NCBI RefSeq assembly: GCF_001194135.2 | Contig: NC_068981.1 | Coordinates: 191,306,706-191,370,705, forward strand | DNA from: Octopus bimaculoides | Taxonomy: Eukaryota | DNA: 64,000 bases | Reading direction: 5' to 3' | Part shown: positions 41,301-54,857 of the stretch, in pieces | Layout of the letters: the number at the start of each line of letters is the position of its first letter | How positions within the stretch are numbered: the stretch's first letter is position 1 | The notes under the pieces: generated by a model | Seen by the model: only the letters and a program-made list of their open reading frames with translations | What the model was told of the DNA's origin: nothing | Databases searched by the model: none | Translations under genes and position numbers: made by a program

Positions 41301-42895
41301 GACCCTGGCTCATTTTATTTCCAAACAATTTTTGGAAAAATATGCGTCTTCTATTCCCTTGCGTTTTCATTTTTACTTTAATCTTTACCTGCTCAAGAAA
41401 AAAACATCTCTAGCCACTTCTGATATGCAGTCTCAACATCATACATTCAGATGCAGTTCAAACCAGAGTTTTAGTGGTAAACAGAGCACTCATAGTACAC
41501 ACACCAAACAGAGCACTCATAGTATACACCTATCACTTTAAGTCAGTTCACAAAAACACTTTACATATCCTATATAATGATGTTTATATTCTTCATACTT
41601 ATTGTCATACTTAACAATGTTTTTTGGGGTTTTTTTGACATTTGTTGCAAGAATTAAACATTGGTATTTGGAATTTATCTCTTATATCTTGCAAACAATT
41701 GCATAAACCCTCTTCATATTGTTATTATTAATCCTCACCTTGATTTACTGTTTTTTTGTAGGTCCTACGCGTACGGTGCTTGGATAAAGATGAACGAAGT
41801 AACATTCGCTACCAACTCTTAACTATCGACTCTCTTTTTGCCTTGAATGGTAAAACTCTTTGTCACGTTATTTTACTGATAATAATACTAGTTATATAAC
41901 TTATAATTGATCTGCAAGGATCTACAAGTAGTTTTGTTTTAATAATTACATGTAATATAAAACCAGCTGAAGAATGGGATCAGGAAGGGCATGCAACCAT
42001 AGCAAGCTCTACCTTAATGCTGTCAAGTTTGAGCCACACAAGCATGGATAAGTAAACATTACAACAGNNNNNNNNNNNNNNNNNNNNNNNNNNNNNNNNN
42101 NNNNNNNNNNNNNNNNNNNNNNNNNNNNNNNNNNNNNNNNNNNNNNNNNNNNNNNNNNNNNNNTATATATATATATATGTATATGAATATGTAAACTTTG
42201 TTGCAAAGAGCAGCAAAAGAATTTTGACGAACAAATGACTGACTGATTATTTAACCAGTACAATAAACAAAGGATCAATTAGTTAGCTGGTTAAATATTT
42301 AACTAATTGACTGACAATAAAGAAGTGATATTGAATCAGTGTGTGTGTTATTATTGGTATTATGACCCTCCCAAGACACAAGTTGTGTGTGTATTTATAC
42401 ATACATACATACATAGGTGCTACTTTGGCATGCGATCTATAAGGTTACTTTTTAGTTTACTTTTCAATTTCTAAAAACCTGTAAGATGTTGGCTAAAGAT
42501 TTTTACAATGTGATCAGTGACGAGACGAAGGCAATTGCATTTTTACAAGAAACCGATACTAAATTCACGTCATTTCTTAAGAAAAAGAAAGGTACCACTT
42601 TGGCATGTGATCTACAAGTTCAAAAGAGATTACTTTTTAGTTTATATTGTGTTAGTGCTACTTTCCGTGAGAGCTACGTGAGCAAATTTACTTTGGTGGG
42701 TGATCTACATGCTTATTTTAATTATTATATGGTTTCCTTATTATTGAAATAGCAAGAATTTTGAAAAAAATACATTTACAATGCTAAGTACGTACAAAGT
42801 GATTTAAAAACGAATCTAAAGTAATCTCCCTTGGAGATCACATGCCAAAGTAGCACCCATACATACATACATACATACATACATACATACATACA

Positions 42896-42926
<31 letters not shown>

Positions 42927-45900
42927 GCAGCTGACTTCTCACAGTTACCTTCTCTCAGTCCCCTCACGAGGTTCTGGTCACCCTGAAGTTACAGTAGAAG
43001 GTGCTTGTCCAAAGTGCCACACTGAATCAAATACAATCTGAATCCAAATCAATGTGGTTAAAAAGCAAACCCCTTAACCCCAGAGCCACATCTGTGCCTC
43101 TATATTTGAATGTCTGCATAACAAAAAAGAAGTGTTCAGACTTCAAAAAAAAAAAAAGATTGAAACAGCAATCCCTTATATTCAACTTATTAAGAGGTTC
43201 AATGGTTGTTGAATAAGAGAATGGAATAGAGAATAGAGAATAAGAGAATGGAATACAAAATACAAAATGGCTGATAGTTAGCAAGGCGGGACACACATAA
43301 GAAAGAAGAAAACAAAAGACCACTGATGAGGTCACAGAAGAATGGAATAGGTTTTTATAGTTTGTTAAGATCAATCCATTTAACAAACAGTTACATCTCG
43401 TGTTCTTTTTAATACTTCCAGCTGAAACTGGTGTTCTTGAAACAATAGTCCGTCTTGATCATGAAACACATCCTGGCAGTTACCAACTATATGCCGAATG
43501 TACAGACGGTGGGGATTTCCCCCGCTATTCCTCTCCTGTTATTTTGAAGTAAGTCGATTTTAATATTCTTACTGTTACATCTAGCATTTATTCGTGTACG
43601 ACTGAGCTGCTGAAATAGAGAAATATAAATTAGAAATATAATTTATGTAATTACTTTACTGGTAATTGTCATCAACCCTAATTAGGGAATACTGTTAATG
43701 ATGGATACATTTCTGTTTCAGTCATTGGACTGTGGTCTTTTAAGGTCAGTTGAACAAATTGACCCATGTCCATATTTTAAATCTGGCACTTATTCTTTTG
43801 GTTTCTTTTGCTGATCCTCTAAGTTATGGGGGATGTAAACAAACCCATGCTGGTTGTCAAATGGTTGGAGAAGAACTACAAAGACACATATAAATACACT
43901 CATATCATGTGTGTGAGTATGTATATATTTGTTTGGGTGTATGTATATATTTTTAAATGTGTGTGTATGTGTGTCACAGTTTCCATCTATGAAATTCACT
44001 CAGAAGGCATTGGCCACCCCTGGGCTATAATAGAAGAGTCCCACTGCTTAAAGTACTGTGCAGTGGGACTGAACTCAAAACTATGTTTGTGAAGCAAATT
44101 TCTTCAACTAGAGCCATGCCTGCACCATTATTATGTTGTTGTCGTTTTGCGGGGGGGGGGGCTGTTCCTACCTACATAATGTATATGTGAAGGACATATG
44201 AGTTGAAGGATTTGTTAAAATCATTCGCATTAATATTTCTTAAATTGTTCATAGTCTGCAATTGAAAAATCATACTTGAAACGGTTGTCAATAAGTCTGG
44301 GAAAATAACTTACATTCTCAACAACACAGTATATGCTGAAGAGCCAAGGAAAACTGGATAAATCACAGCATTAGGTTTGTTTCAGAAAATTATATTGTAA
44401 TAGTTACATAATAATACGCCAGCCTTGGACAAGCAAATTTATGATCAAGAATTTTCCAAGCAGCAATCATCACGTTTATTATCATCAACATCATCTTCAT
44501 CATTATCAAATGCTATATTTTTCCATAAGATTGTCATTTGAATACAGATTGACCTCTATTTCTAGCGGCCACGTAGAGGTTCTCACGACAAACGCCTTCG
44601 ATATATTTTTATCTTTATTTTCTCACATATAACTATTACTACTACTACTCTTCCATTACCAGCCGGTGTTCACCAAGGTAAATAACTCTGCATTTGTATA
44701 TAATTTTTGCCCTTTAGTAGAAGTTTCTGTGGAAAGGTCTCCTTTAGATATTTAAATTAATTTTGCTGCAAGGATTGTTAATTAACACCATGCTTTAGAA
44801 CAATATTTTCTTGTGAACAGCCTAATTAGTCCTAGGTTAACGACATTTTATAATTTTTAGTTATTTTCAATAAATTTTGAACTTCTGTGTAGCAACACTC
44901 AGAAAAGGATAAAAGAGGGGACAATGAGAAGGCATATGAGTCAAGTAAAGAAAGAAGCAGTGAAAGCTGGGAATACATGCACAGTACACAGAATAAAACA
45001 CAAGATAAAAATGAACATTAAAAGATTCTAAAAGAGAAAAGATAGCATAGACATATCAGGAATAGTGTTGGCATATTTCAGGAAGTATGGAATTTTTGAA
45101 GAATGCAGTCTTCTGACATTAACAACTTGATAGGACAGTTTATTCGATGCTAAAATGTTATATCAAATGTGGTAGTTTCTGCACTGTTTCTTTTTATTTT
45201 GTAAACACATCCGTGAGTGGTAGAGATATTGAATTCAAAAAGGTGGACAAAGTTGTTGTTGGAAAGATGGCGGATAATCTTATGGACTTCTACTGCATCA
45301 ATGCTTTAGTGTGACAATGCCCAGAGAGGCAATATGTTCAGGATATAGTAAGTAAATGATATGGGGAGTTCATCTGGTTGCATGTTATTGGACAGTTTCC
45401 AGTAGATTGATATTCTGGACAAGATTGGTGAATAAAGGTACCATACTGCATATGCAAAGAGTAAGCATGGCTACACCATATCTTTAGATATCATTTGTCA
45501 GTTAATGAGAAGCTGACAGTAGTTTAAGTGATGCCTTAGGTCTCATTGATGATTTTAGAAATCTGGTTTATCCAGAAAACTTCTTAAGGATCATGTAGGG
45601 AGTCTGTGAATTCCTAGATTTTTCCTCACAAGATGTGTAGCAGTACACTTGTCTATAACCAGCCTGAGTTGTCTTTCAGTAATCCATTTCTGCATTTTGT
45701 CCAGATCAGATTAGTATTTAGGATTCTTTTTTTTTTTTATCTCAAGGTGCAGCTTGTTCTAAATCATGAAAATTAAATTACTAGGTCAATGGTAATTTTT
45801 CTAATTTTTTGTCTGTTTTACTCTAGTGTTACAGTAGAAGACATGAACGATAACCGGCCAACATTTATCAATGAAACTTACCACGCCCAGTTATATACCA

Positions 45901-48900
45901 ATGCTACGATTGGAAGACACATTGCTTCGCTATCAGCAACTGACAAAGATAAAGGACAAAATGGAGAAATATCTTATTATATAATAGGTAATTAAAATAT
46001 TTCACTTTCCATGGAGAAATTTGGAAATCCTCTTTGATATTTGTTTTGAAAGTGAATCACTTGTTCTCATTGTTATTGTTTAGCACCAGGTCAACCCAGA
46101 TCAAGTAGACTTATGATCAGAGACATTCCAGTCATGACTATCCCATATTATATTCAAACTTAGTGTGTTTGAAACCACATTATCCAATGTATACTTTAAT
46201 TTCATTTTTCTTCAAACTGGCTGGACGTGATATGAGGGAAATTTGGCTTTTATTTCTAGCAGACTGACTGAACCAATAGAGAAAGTATCATATGTTCACT
46301 GTTCATGGCATTGTGATCAAACATAGACACCCTAACCCTAACCCATCCTCTCGTCCTTCACCCAGCAAAACATCCAAGATGGATGGAAAGAGGCTAGCAC
46401 CAGTATACAGCTGGTACTTATTTGCTTTCTTGCCTTGTTTGTTTGTTCCATCCTCATTGTTGAGGGTTGAGTACCACAAGCACATTCAGCCTAGCTTCAA
46501 TTCCTGCATCTGGCCATGGTCGTGCATTCAGCCAGAGGTTTTCCAGTCCATTCTTTGATGTTATCCAATCAACATCTTTTTTGGTCTCTCCCTTCCTTGT
46601 TTCCCATTGATACTTCCCTCTACAACAATGGTTCTCAACCATTTTCACCTATGAACTCCTTAGATTCCTATTTTGCTCAGGTGGATGCCCATAGCCATTT
46701 GATGCTTTAAAAATATCCTTTTATATTTTTATAATTAAATATGATTGGGAACTGTTTAGCAAAATTGTTAAAATATTTTGTATATTGTAAAAGTATAACC
46801 AATTTATTGATCATAAGCCCTAACAACAAAATCTTATATTCCTCCTCACCCTGCCCCCGGATGATATGGACCCCAGTTGAGAACAACTACTCTAGGATGT
46901 AGGTGCTGAGGTTCAACGTTGTAGTACTCAGTTATGGCCCTTTGCATCCTGACCCAAACTCCACAAACTTAATCTATGCTTGCATCCTTCCATTGTCAGT
47001 AAAATAAAGTGAAGTTGCAGTGAAATATTGGAATTGATTTCATTGATAATACCACTCTCCTTCCTAAAACATATGGGTTTTTATCAACATTAGGAAAATA
47101 CAGGGTGGCCTAAAAGTAAGTTTACAGTTATTCAACTATCTCTTTCACATTCAAATATTAACAGCTTAGATCTTAATTATATAAAAAAAAAAATTAAACC
47201 ATTATTCTATACTAATTTAGTTAATCTTGTCAAGCTCCCTTTTCAGTTTGTAAGATAGAAATTTAAATGTAATGAAATGTTTTAAAAGAAATTTAAAGTG
47301 CCTACGTGATAACTGTAAACCTGCTTTTGGGCCGCCCTGTATTTTTGTATCAGATTTATTTTCCGCAAAACGTCTTATTCTGCTGTCGCTACTCAAGGAG
47401 AGTAAATTTTGTTTTACATTTATTTTTCCAAAGTAATGTATGTGTGTGTGCGCGCACGCATGCATGTGTGTGTGTGCGCACGCATGCATGTGTGTGTGTG
47501 TAAAAACATTTCTTTATTCATGAAAATTCACAAAGAGAATATATTACTGATTTCTTTGAAGGTGGTGACCCATTTGAAGAATTTGAATTGAATCCTAAAT
47601 CCGGACTGTTAACAACAAAAGTATCATTCCAAGACCGTCTGTCTGGTTCTCGTATGTTGTTTGTGGAAGCCAAAGATGGCGGTTATCCCGATGCTTTAAG
47701 TGATGTTGCCAAAGTAAATTTCAGTTTCTTTTACTTTTAAATATATACAAAAATTCTTCTATAACCATCAATTTTTACCATTTTTATGTATTTTATGCTA
47801 AAACCTACAAAGTCTACATACTAACCCCCCACCCTTTCTGCTACTCTATCTTATTTTCTTTCTTATATTCTCTTTATACTTTGAGGGTCGTTCCTCACCA
47901 TCTCTTTCTCTCGTTTTCCAGCTGAGGTAACCATGTACCTTCTCTTCAGTAAGACACCTGTCCCTGACCTTCTATCATACTTTAACTTCTCATCACCAGG
48001 CACAAAGCCATCTCCCTCAACACTACACTCCCACTCGATTGAGGAAACTGAAAGAAGCCTATCATGTGTGTGTGTGTCTGTGTTTGTCCCCCTACCATAG
48101 CTTCACAACTAATGTTAGTGTGGTTATGTCCCTGTAACTTAGCGGTTCAGCAAAGAAGACTGATAGAATAAGTACGACACTTACAAAGAATAAATCCTGG
48201 GGGTGAATTTGTTTGACTAAAGGCGGTGCTCCAGCATGGCAGCAGTCAAATGACTGAAACAAGTAAAAAAAGAGTAAAAGAGTAAGGTCAATCAAGCCTT
48301 TCATCCATTTTGGGATCAATAAAATGAATACCAGTTTAGCATCTAATCGATTTATTCCCTCCCTTAAAATTGCTGGCCTTGTGCCAAAAATTGACAAGAA
48401 TTATCTAAAGTTTGTAGACACATCAAAGATAAGTTTAGATTTCGAAATATTTCAATGTCTGTTTATATTAAGCCTTGTAGATATCTGCATAACATTCTAG
48501 ATGCTGTCTGAAAAGAAATCCACCAATATATTTTAAAATATGCAACAGTATATCAGATTAATGGTAGAGTTAATGATTAATTAAATATTGAAACATTATT
48601 AAATTACCTCATTCCTTTCTTGTGAAGGAGGCAATGTCATTACTATGATTACATTAGAATTTATCAGACTCACTATATAACATTAACCCTTTAGCATTCA
48701 AATTACTTTGTTTATTGGTTTTGGTTTTGGTGTTGGTGCTGGTTCCACATAAAAAGCACTGGTGGTGGTACCATGGGAAAAGCACCCAGTACACTTTGTA
48801 AAGTGTTTGGCGTTAGGAAGGGCATCCAGCTGTAGAAACGAAGCCAAAACAAACTATGACTCTTGATGTGGCCCCTGGCCTTACCAGTTCTTGTCAAGCC

Positions 48901-49572
48901 ATCCAAATGGACATTAAATGATGATGATGATGAATTGTAATGCTCATTTATTCACATTAGTCATGCATTATCTCATCAGTATTTTGATGATGTGATTGTT
49001 TATTTTTAGAATGACTAGGATAGGTGTAAGAGGCCAGATCTGTCTGCTCTGAATATAAAACAGAATTTTTGGACTGAATATAGCCAGTTTAAATGCTAAA
49101 GGGTTAAATAAAATCAAAGGAAAGGAACAATAATTTTTGTTACTTACTCATGGTCCCCAACTTGACTATTATGTTTTGATATGAATGCATTCCTGGGTAA
49201 TTTCTGCCATCATTATGGTAATGCTTGACACACCTGCATGTTACTGAAGAGGCTGAATAAGACAGTTACAAATACATCCAGAGTTGTTGCCCTTATGCTA
49301 CAGTAGCCTCAAGCTTTATTTGGGACAAAATTATGTTTATAAAAATCCAGATCAGAGTCTCCTCTGCAGTTTATTTTTAGATCATTTCAATTCCAAGAGT
49401 TGTCTCCCCTACCTTTATGGACCAGAATTGATTAGGTAATTTTTGTCTTTTATTGGTTTCATTCATTGGACTGTGGTCATTCTGGGGCACTGCCTTGAAG
49501 AGCTTAGTTGAACAAATTGATCTCAACACTTATTTTTTGTATGCCTGGTACTAACACAGACACACACATACA

Positions 49573-49645
<73 letters not shown>

Positions 49646-50825
49646 GATGAGCTTCCACACAGTGAGACTGAACCCAAAATGACATGGTAGCCATACACCC
49701 ATGCCTCTGAATTTGTCTTTTTATTATTATGGATGTAATTTTAAATAATTAAATAATTAAAATTTCTTGGCTTACTACATCAAATGAGCTAGTGCACACT
49801 TTACTGTCTATTTTCTATGTAGCAGGTGTCCCTCAGTATTTTAAGCTCACATAAGAACTGTGTTACCATTCATGAAAACTCCTCCTTTTAATAATCCCCC
49901 CACCCATTTTTCTTTCTATTTCAGGTACATATTGAAGTTATTCAGCTCAACCAGCATGCACCCAAGTTTACCTTGTCTGTATTTCGGGCTAATGTTACTG
50001 AGGAAAAGGTTATACGTAAGTTCCTGCAACTTAGAGCAAGTGATGAAGACCCAGACGATAAAATAGCGTATCATCTTCTCAGCTCCTCAAATGCAGAAAG
50101 TACAGTGAATTGGACAGGTAAGCTAGTTTTAAAAGCTTAACCCTTTAGTTTTTAAACTGGCCATATCCAGCCTAAATATTCTACTTGATTTATGTCCAAA
50201 CTGACCAGATCCAGCCCTCACACCTACTCTGCAATGTCATACTAAAAGTATACAACCCCATCATCAAAATCTCAAAGTTATAAGATAATACATGATTAAT
50301 TCAAAACATGAATAAACTTTATATTTGACAAACTAATCTGAATGCTAAAGGATTAAAGACTTATCTGTATATTTCTTACTTTTTAAGTCATTTTTCTTAT
50401 TTTCTGAAAATATTGTTGTTCAATTTTTTTTTTTTTTTTTGCCTTTGTGCCATAGTTCATCATCTTTGTAATATTTCAGTATAGATATATGACTATTTGG
50501 AGGCGCAATGGCCCAGTGGTTAGGGCAGCAGACTCACGGTCAGAGGATCGCGGTTTCGATTCCCAGACCGGGCGTTGTGTGTGTTTATTGAGCGAAAACA
50601 CCTAAAAGCTCCACGAGGCTCCGGCAGGGGGGGGGGGCGACTCCTGTTGTACTCTATCACCCCAATCTTCTCTCACTCTTTCTTCTTGTTCTTGAGTAAA
50701 GCTGCGATGGACTAGCGTCCCGTCCAGCTGGTGGGGAACACATACACCATAGAAACCGGGAAAAGCCATGAGAGTCCCTGCCTGCTACTGCATCAGGGCA
50801 TTTATTATTATTGTTAAGGTTATTA

Positions 50826-50866
<41 letters not shown>

Positions 50867-51637
50867 GTTAAGGTTGTGAGCTGGCAGAATCATTAGCAAA
50901 TCAGGCAAAATGCTTAATAGCATTTTGTCTGTCTTTATGTTCTGAGTTCAAATACAGCTACGGTCAACTTTCGCTTTCATCCTTTCTGGATCAGTAAAAT
51001 AAGTACCAGTGGAACACTGAGGATGATGATGTCGACTTACCTCTTCCTCTAAAATTGGTGGCCTTGTGCCAAAATTTGAAACCATTATTATGTAATATTA
51101 TGTAATATTATTGGCTATTAGCTGTCAGCAATATATTTTTTGTTATTTCAGATTATTTCAGCATTTCATCTTCTGGTTGGATCAGTGTGAAGAATAAAAT
51201 AGACAGAGACACTTTGAATATTTCTCAAGCATCGCTGAATGTTTATGCTGTGGATAACGGACTTCCACCCAAAACCGGCTCTACACTGCTTCTTGTAAAT
51301 ATTAGTGATATTAATGACAATATTCCAGATTTTGTAGGATATAACATGACATACGTCATTGAAATACCTCAAGTAAGTTTGAGTTTTTCTGTCAATAACT
51401 CTTTATTGTGCAAACATCAGACTACAAAATATTTACTGCTTCTAGTAGAGATGAGGATAGATTCTTTTAGTGGCGTTGGAGTGGAGAAGTTGATTATATC
51501 AACTTTAATACTTTATTGGTGGGTTAAATTCCTGCACAGGGCCACACATTCTGCCCTTGAGTAATGTACTTCATTTCACAATCCTCCACTCTACACAGCT
51601 AAAAATGAGCACAAGTCAACTGCTGAGTCAAACCCCC

Positions 51638-51682
<45 letters not shown>

Positions 51683-54600
51683 CCTGGATATTCTGTTGGG
51701 TCAAAGGGTAGAAGGGGCAAGAAGGTGTCTGTATCTGCTTCTGACTAATTAGGCATCTAAAACAGTTAATGAAAGGTTAGTGCATGCTGCCTTAGTGAAG
51801 TTGCAAGTGGCAGCTATGGACAACTTTTTTTTCTTTTTTTTTTTACTTTGTTGATGCATTATTTTTATTGACTTCCAGAAGAAAAAAGAACAAACTTGGC
51901 TACAACAGGATTTGAACTCAGAACTTAAAGAGCCAGGACAAATACACATACACCAAAAGCATTTTCTTGGCCATTCCAACAATTCTGCCATATTTTCCTT
52001 TATCCCATTCTTTAATGGAAACTAGTTAACTCTAATGAAAATCACTTCCTTTTTTCATTATTAATTTGGCATTTGTTTCAGGGCAGCAAGCTGGCTGAAA
52101 CGTTAGCACACCAGGCAAAATGCTTAGCAGTATTTCGTCTGCCATTCCATTCTGAGTTCAAATTCCACTGAGGTCGACTTTGCCTTTCATTCTTTCGGGG
52201 TCGATTAAATAAGTACCAGTTACACACTGGGGTAAATGTAATCAACTTAATCCTTTTGTCTGTCCTTCTTTGTTTAGCTCCCTGTAGGCATTAAAGAAAT
52301 CGATATGGCATTTGTTTCTGTTGTTTTTTTATAATATAACAAAATAGGAGTTTTTTTGCATAAAATTATAAAGGACAGTTTTAACTCAACCCTTTAGCAT
52401 TTAAACCAGCCATATCAGGGCCAAATATTCTGTGTCTTATGTTCAAACTGGACAGATCCAGCCTCTCACACCTACCTTACAATGTGTTTCTACAAATAAA
52501 CCATTACATCAAAACTACGAGATAATGCATGATTAATTCAAAACAATAAGCCATATATTTAAAAGAGTAATTTGAATGCTTAAAGGGTTAAATATAAATA
52601 TTTAAAACTGTTTTGTATGAAAGAACCAGAAGCAGTCTGGGGTAAGATGGTACCAAAACAGGTTTGCTCTTAATATGAAAATACTCAAATACAGCCAGCT
52701 GGCAAAATTATTAACACACCGGGTGAAATGCTTGGCAGCATTTCATTCATCGTTACGTTCTGGGTTCAAATTCTGCTGAGGTCAGCTTTGTCTTTCATCC
52801 TTACTGGGTCAATAAAATAAGGCCCGGTTGAACAGTGGGATCAATGCAATCGACTTACTCCTCCCCTGAAATTGCTGACCTTGTGCCAAAATTTGAAACC
52901 AATATGAAAATACTCTGGAACCTACAATACGTGTTCAGCTACTATTTTAAACATTGTCTTACCATATTTTTATTTTGCTTTACTTTTGAAACAATATCGA
53001 TGATTTTAGAAAACCTTGATTGTACATTCTATATTTTACAGAATACACAAGGAAACAAAAAATGGTGGCTTCCAGAAGCCTTAGATCCTGATGAAGGTCA
53101 GAATGCTAAGGTGAAATACAGTGTACAGTTTGTACCCAACGAAGATCCAGAAATGACAGCATTGTTTGATGAAGTATTCTCTGTCAGCAAAGACTTACGC
53201 AAACTTATCATCAAAAAACCTTTACCGACAAGCAGTTGGAGACCAGAAAATTTCAGTGTTGCACTTGTAAGTTCTTATAAACCTAACCCTAACCATGTCT
53301 GCATGTCTTGATTTATTTCAAGGAAAACAAGATTCCACTTTCCTAGTTATTTTATTCAAATTAAGAATCTTAAAAGAAAAACTAGCTCAGGCTAATGTAA
53401 GTTCTAAAATATCTTAATGATAGCCTCCACTTCAGTAAAGCAATTTCTGGTTTTCATTGAGGAAACATGAGTAAAGTATATACAAATCAAAATCCGAAAA
53501 TAGCAACTAAATCGCTCTTAGATCATGCTCTACTGTCTGAAAATAATTTAGTATATACATTGGACTATGTAGTGCTTGACCGTGATAATCTGCCTGAGAC
53601 TAAATAACAGTAGGTACAGGCATAGTTGTGTGGTAAGAATCTTACTTCCCAACCACATGGTTCCAGGTTCAGTCTCACAGTGTGGCACCTTGGAAAAGTG
53701 TCTTCTACTGTAGCCCTGAGCTAACCAAAACCTTCTGACTGGATTTGGTAGACAGAATCTGAAAGAACCCTGTCATGTGTGTGTGCATGTGTTTGCCCCC
53801 CCCCCCCCGCCACCACTTGACAACCAGTGTTGGTTTGTTTACGCCCCCATAACTTGACAGTTCAGCAAAAAGAAACTGACAGAAGAAGTACCAAGCTTTA
53901 ATAAAAAATAAGTACTATGGAGTGGTGGTTAGCGATTTGGTTGGCTAAAAGTTCTTCAAGGTGGTGCCCCAGCATGGCCGCAGTCTAATGACTGAAAAAT
54001 GTAAAAGAGAGAGAATATCAATAGCTGAAGATAATGTTTACGTATTGTGTTGAAAATAATTCTGAAACTTAAATAAATAAATGAAAACATTTTTAAAGTA
54101 AAATAAGACTGTTTCAAATTAAAATGGTCAGCTAAGGACAGTTTCTACCTTTCATCTCTCGGGGGGAGGGGGGGGGGTCAATGTAATTGACTAACCCCAC
54201 CCCTCAAAATTGCTGACCTTGTATCTGAATCAGAAGACATTTAAAGGCAGTAAACTTCATTAGCATGGAAGCACATGACCTAGTGGTTAGAGCAGTAGAC
54301 TCGCGGTTGAGGGAACGCAGGTTCGAATCTCAGACCGGGCGATGTGTGTGTTTGTAAGCGAAACATCTAAGCTCCATGTGGCTCCGGCAGAAGACAATGG
54401 TGAACTTCTGCTGACTTTTTTGCCACAACTTTCTCTCACTCTTTCCTCCTGCATCTAGCAGCTCACCTGCAGCGTCCTGTCCAGGTGGGGAACCTATATG
54501 CCAATGAAACTGGGAAACCGGCCCTTATGAGCCAGGCATGGCTCAAGAAGGAACAAACAACAACAAACTTCATTAGCACATCAAACAAAATACTCAGTAG

Positions 54601-54812
54601 CATTTCTTCTGGCTTTTTTTTATGTTCTAAGTTCAAGTCCCACCAAGGTCAACACAGCCTTTCATCTTTTTGGGGTCAATAAAAAAAGTATCACTTGGGC
54701 ACTGGGATCAATGTTATCAACTAACACCCTTACCCTTAAATAGCTGACCATGGGCCAAAATTTGAAATAGTCATTATTGCTGTTGTTGCTATTATTATTA
54801 TTATTATTATTA

Positions 54813-54857
<45 letters not shown>

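Noticed and set aside
50499-50575. tRNA-like sequence with A and B boxes (also 54268, 25378, 55148)
   Set aside because: No complete acceptor stem, and it continues into shared repeat bodies; these are SINE heads, not tRNA genes.
51152-51161. Duplicated ttatttcag giving a second acceptor 10 nt into E15
   Set aside because: Its use would frameshift, and the first AG restores the expected D-YFSI; no evidence of use.
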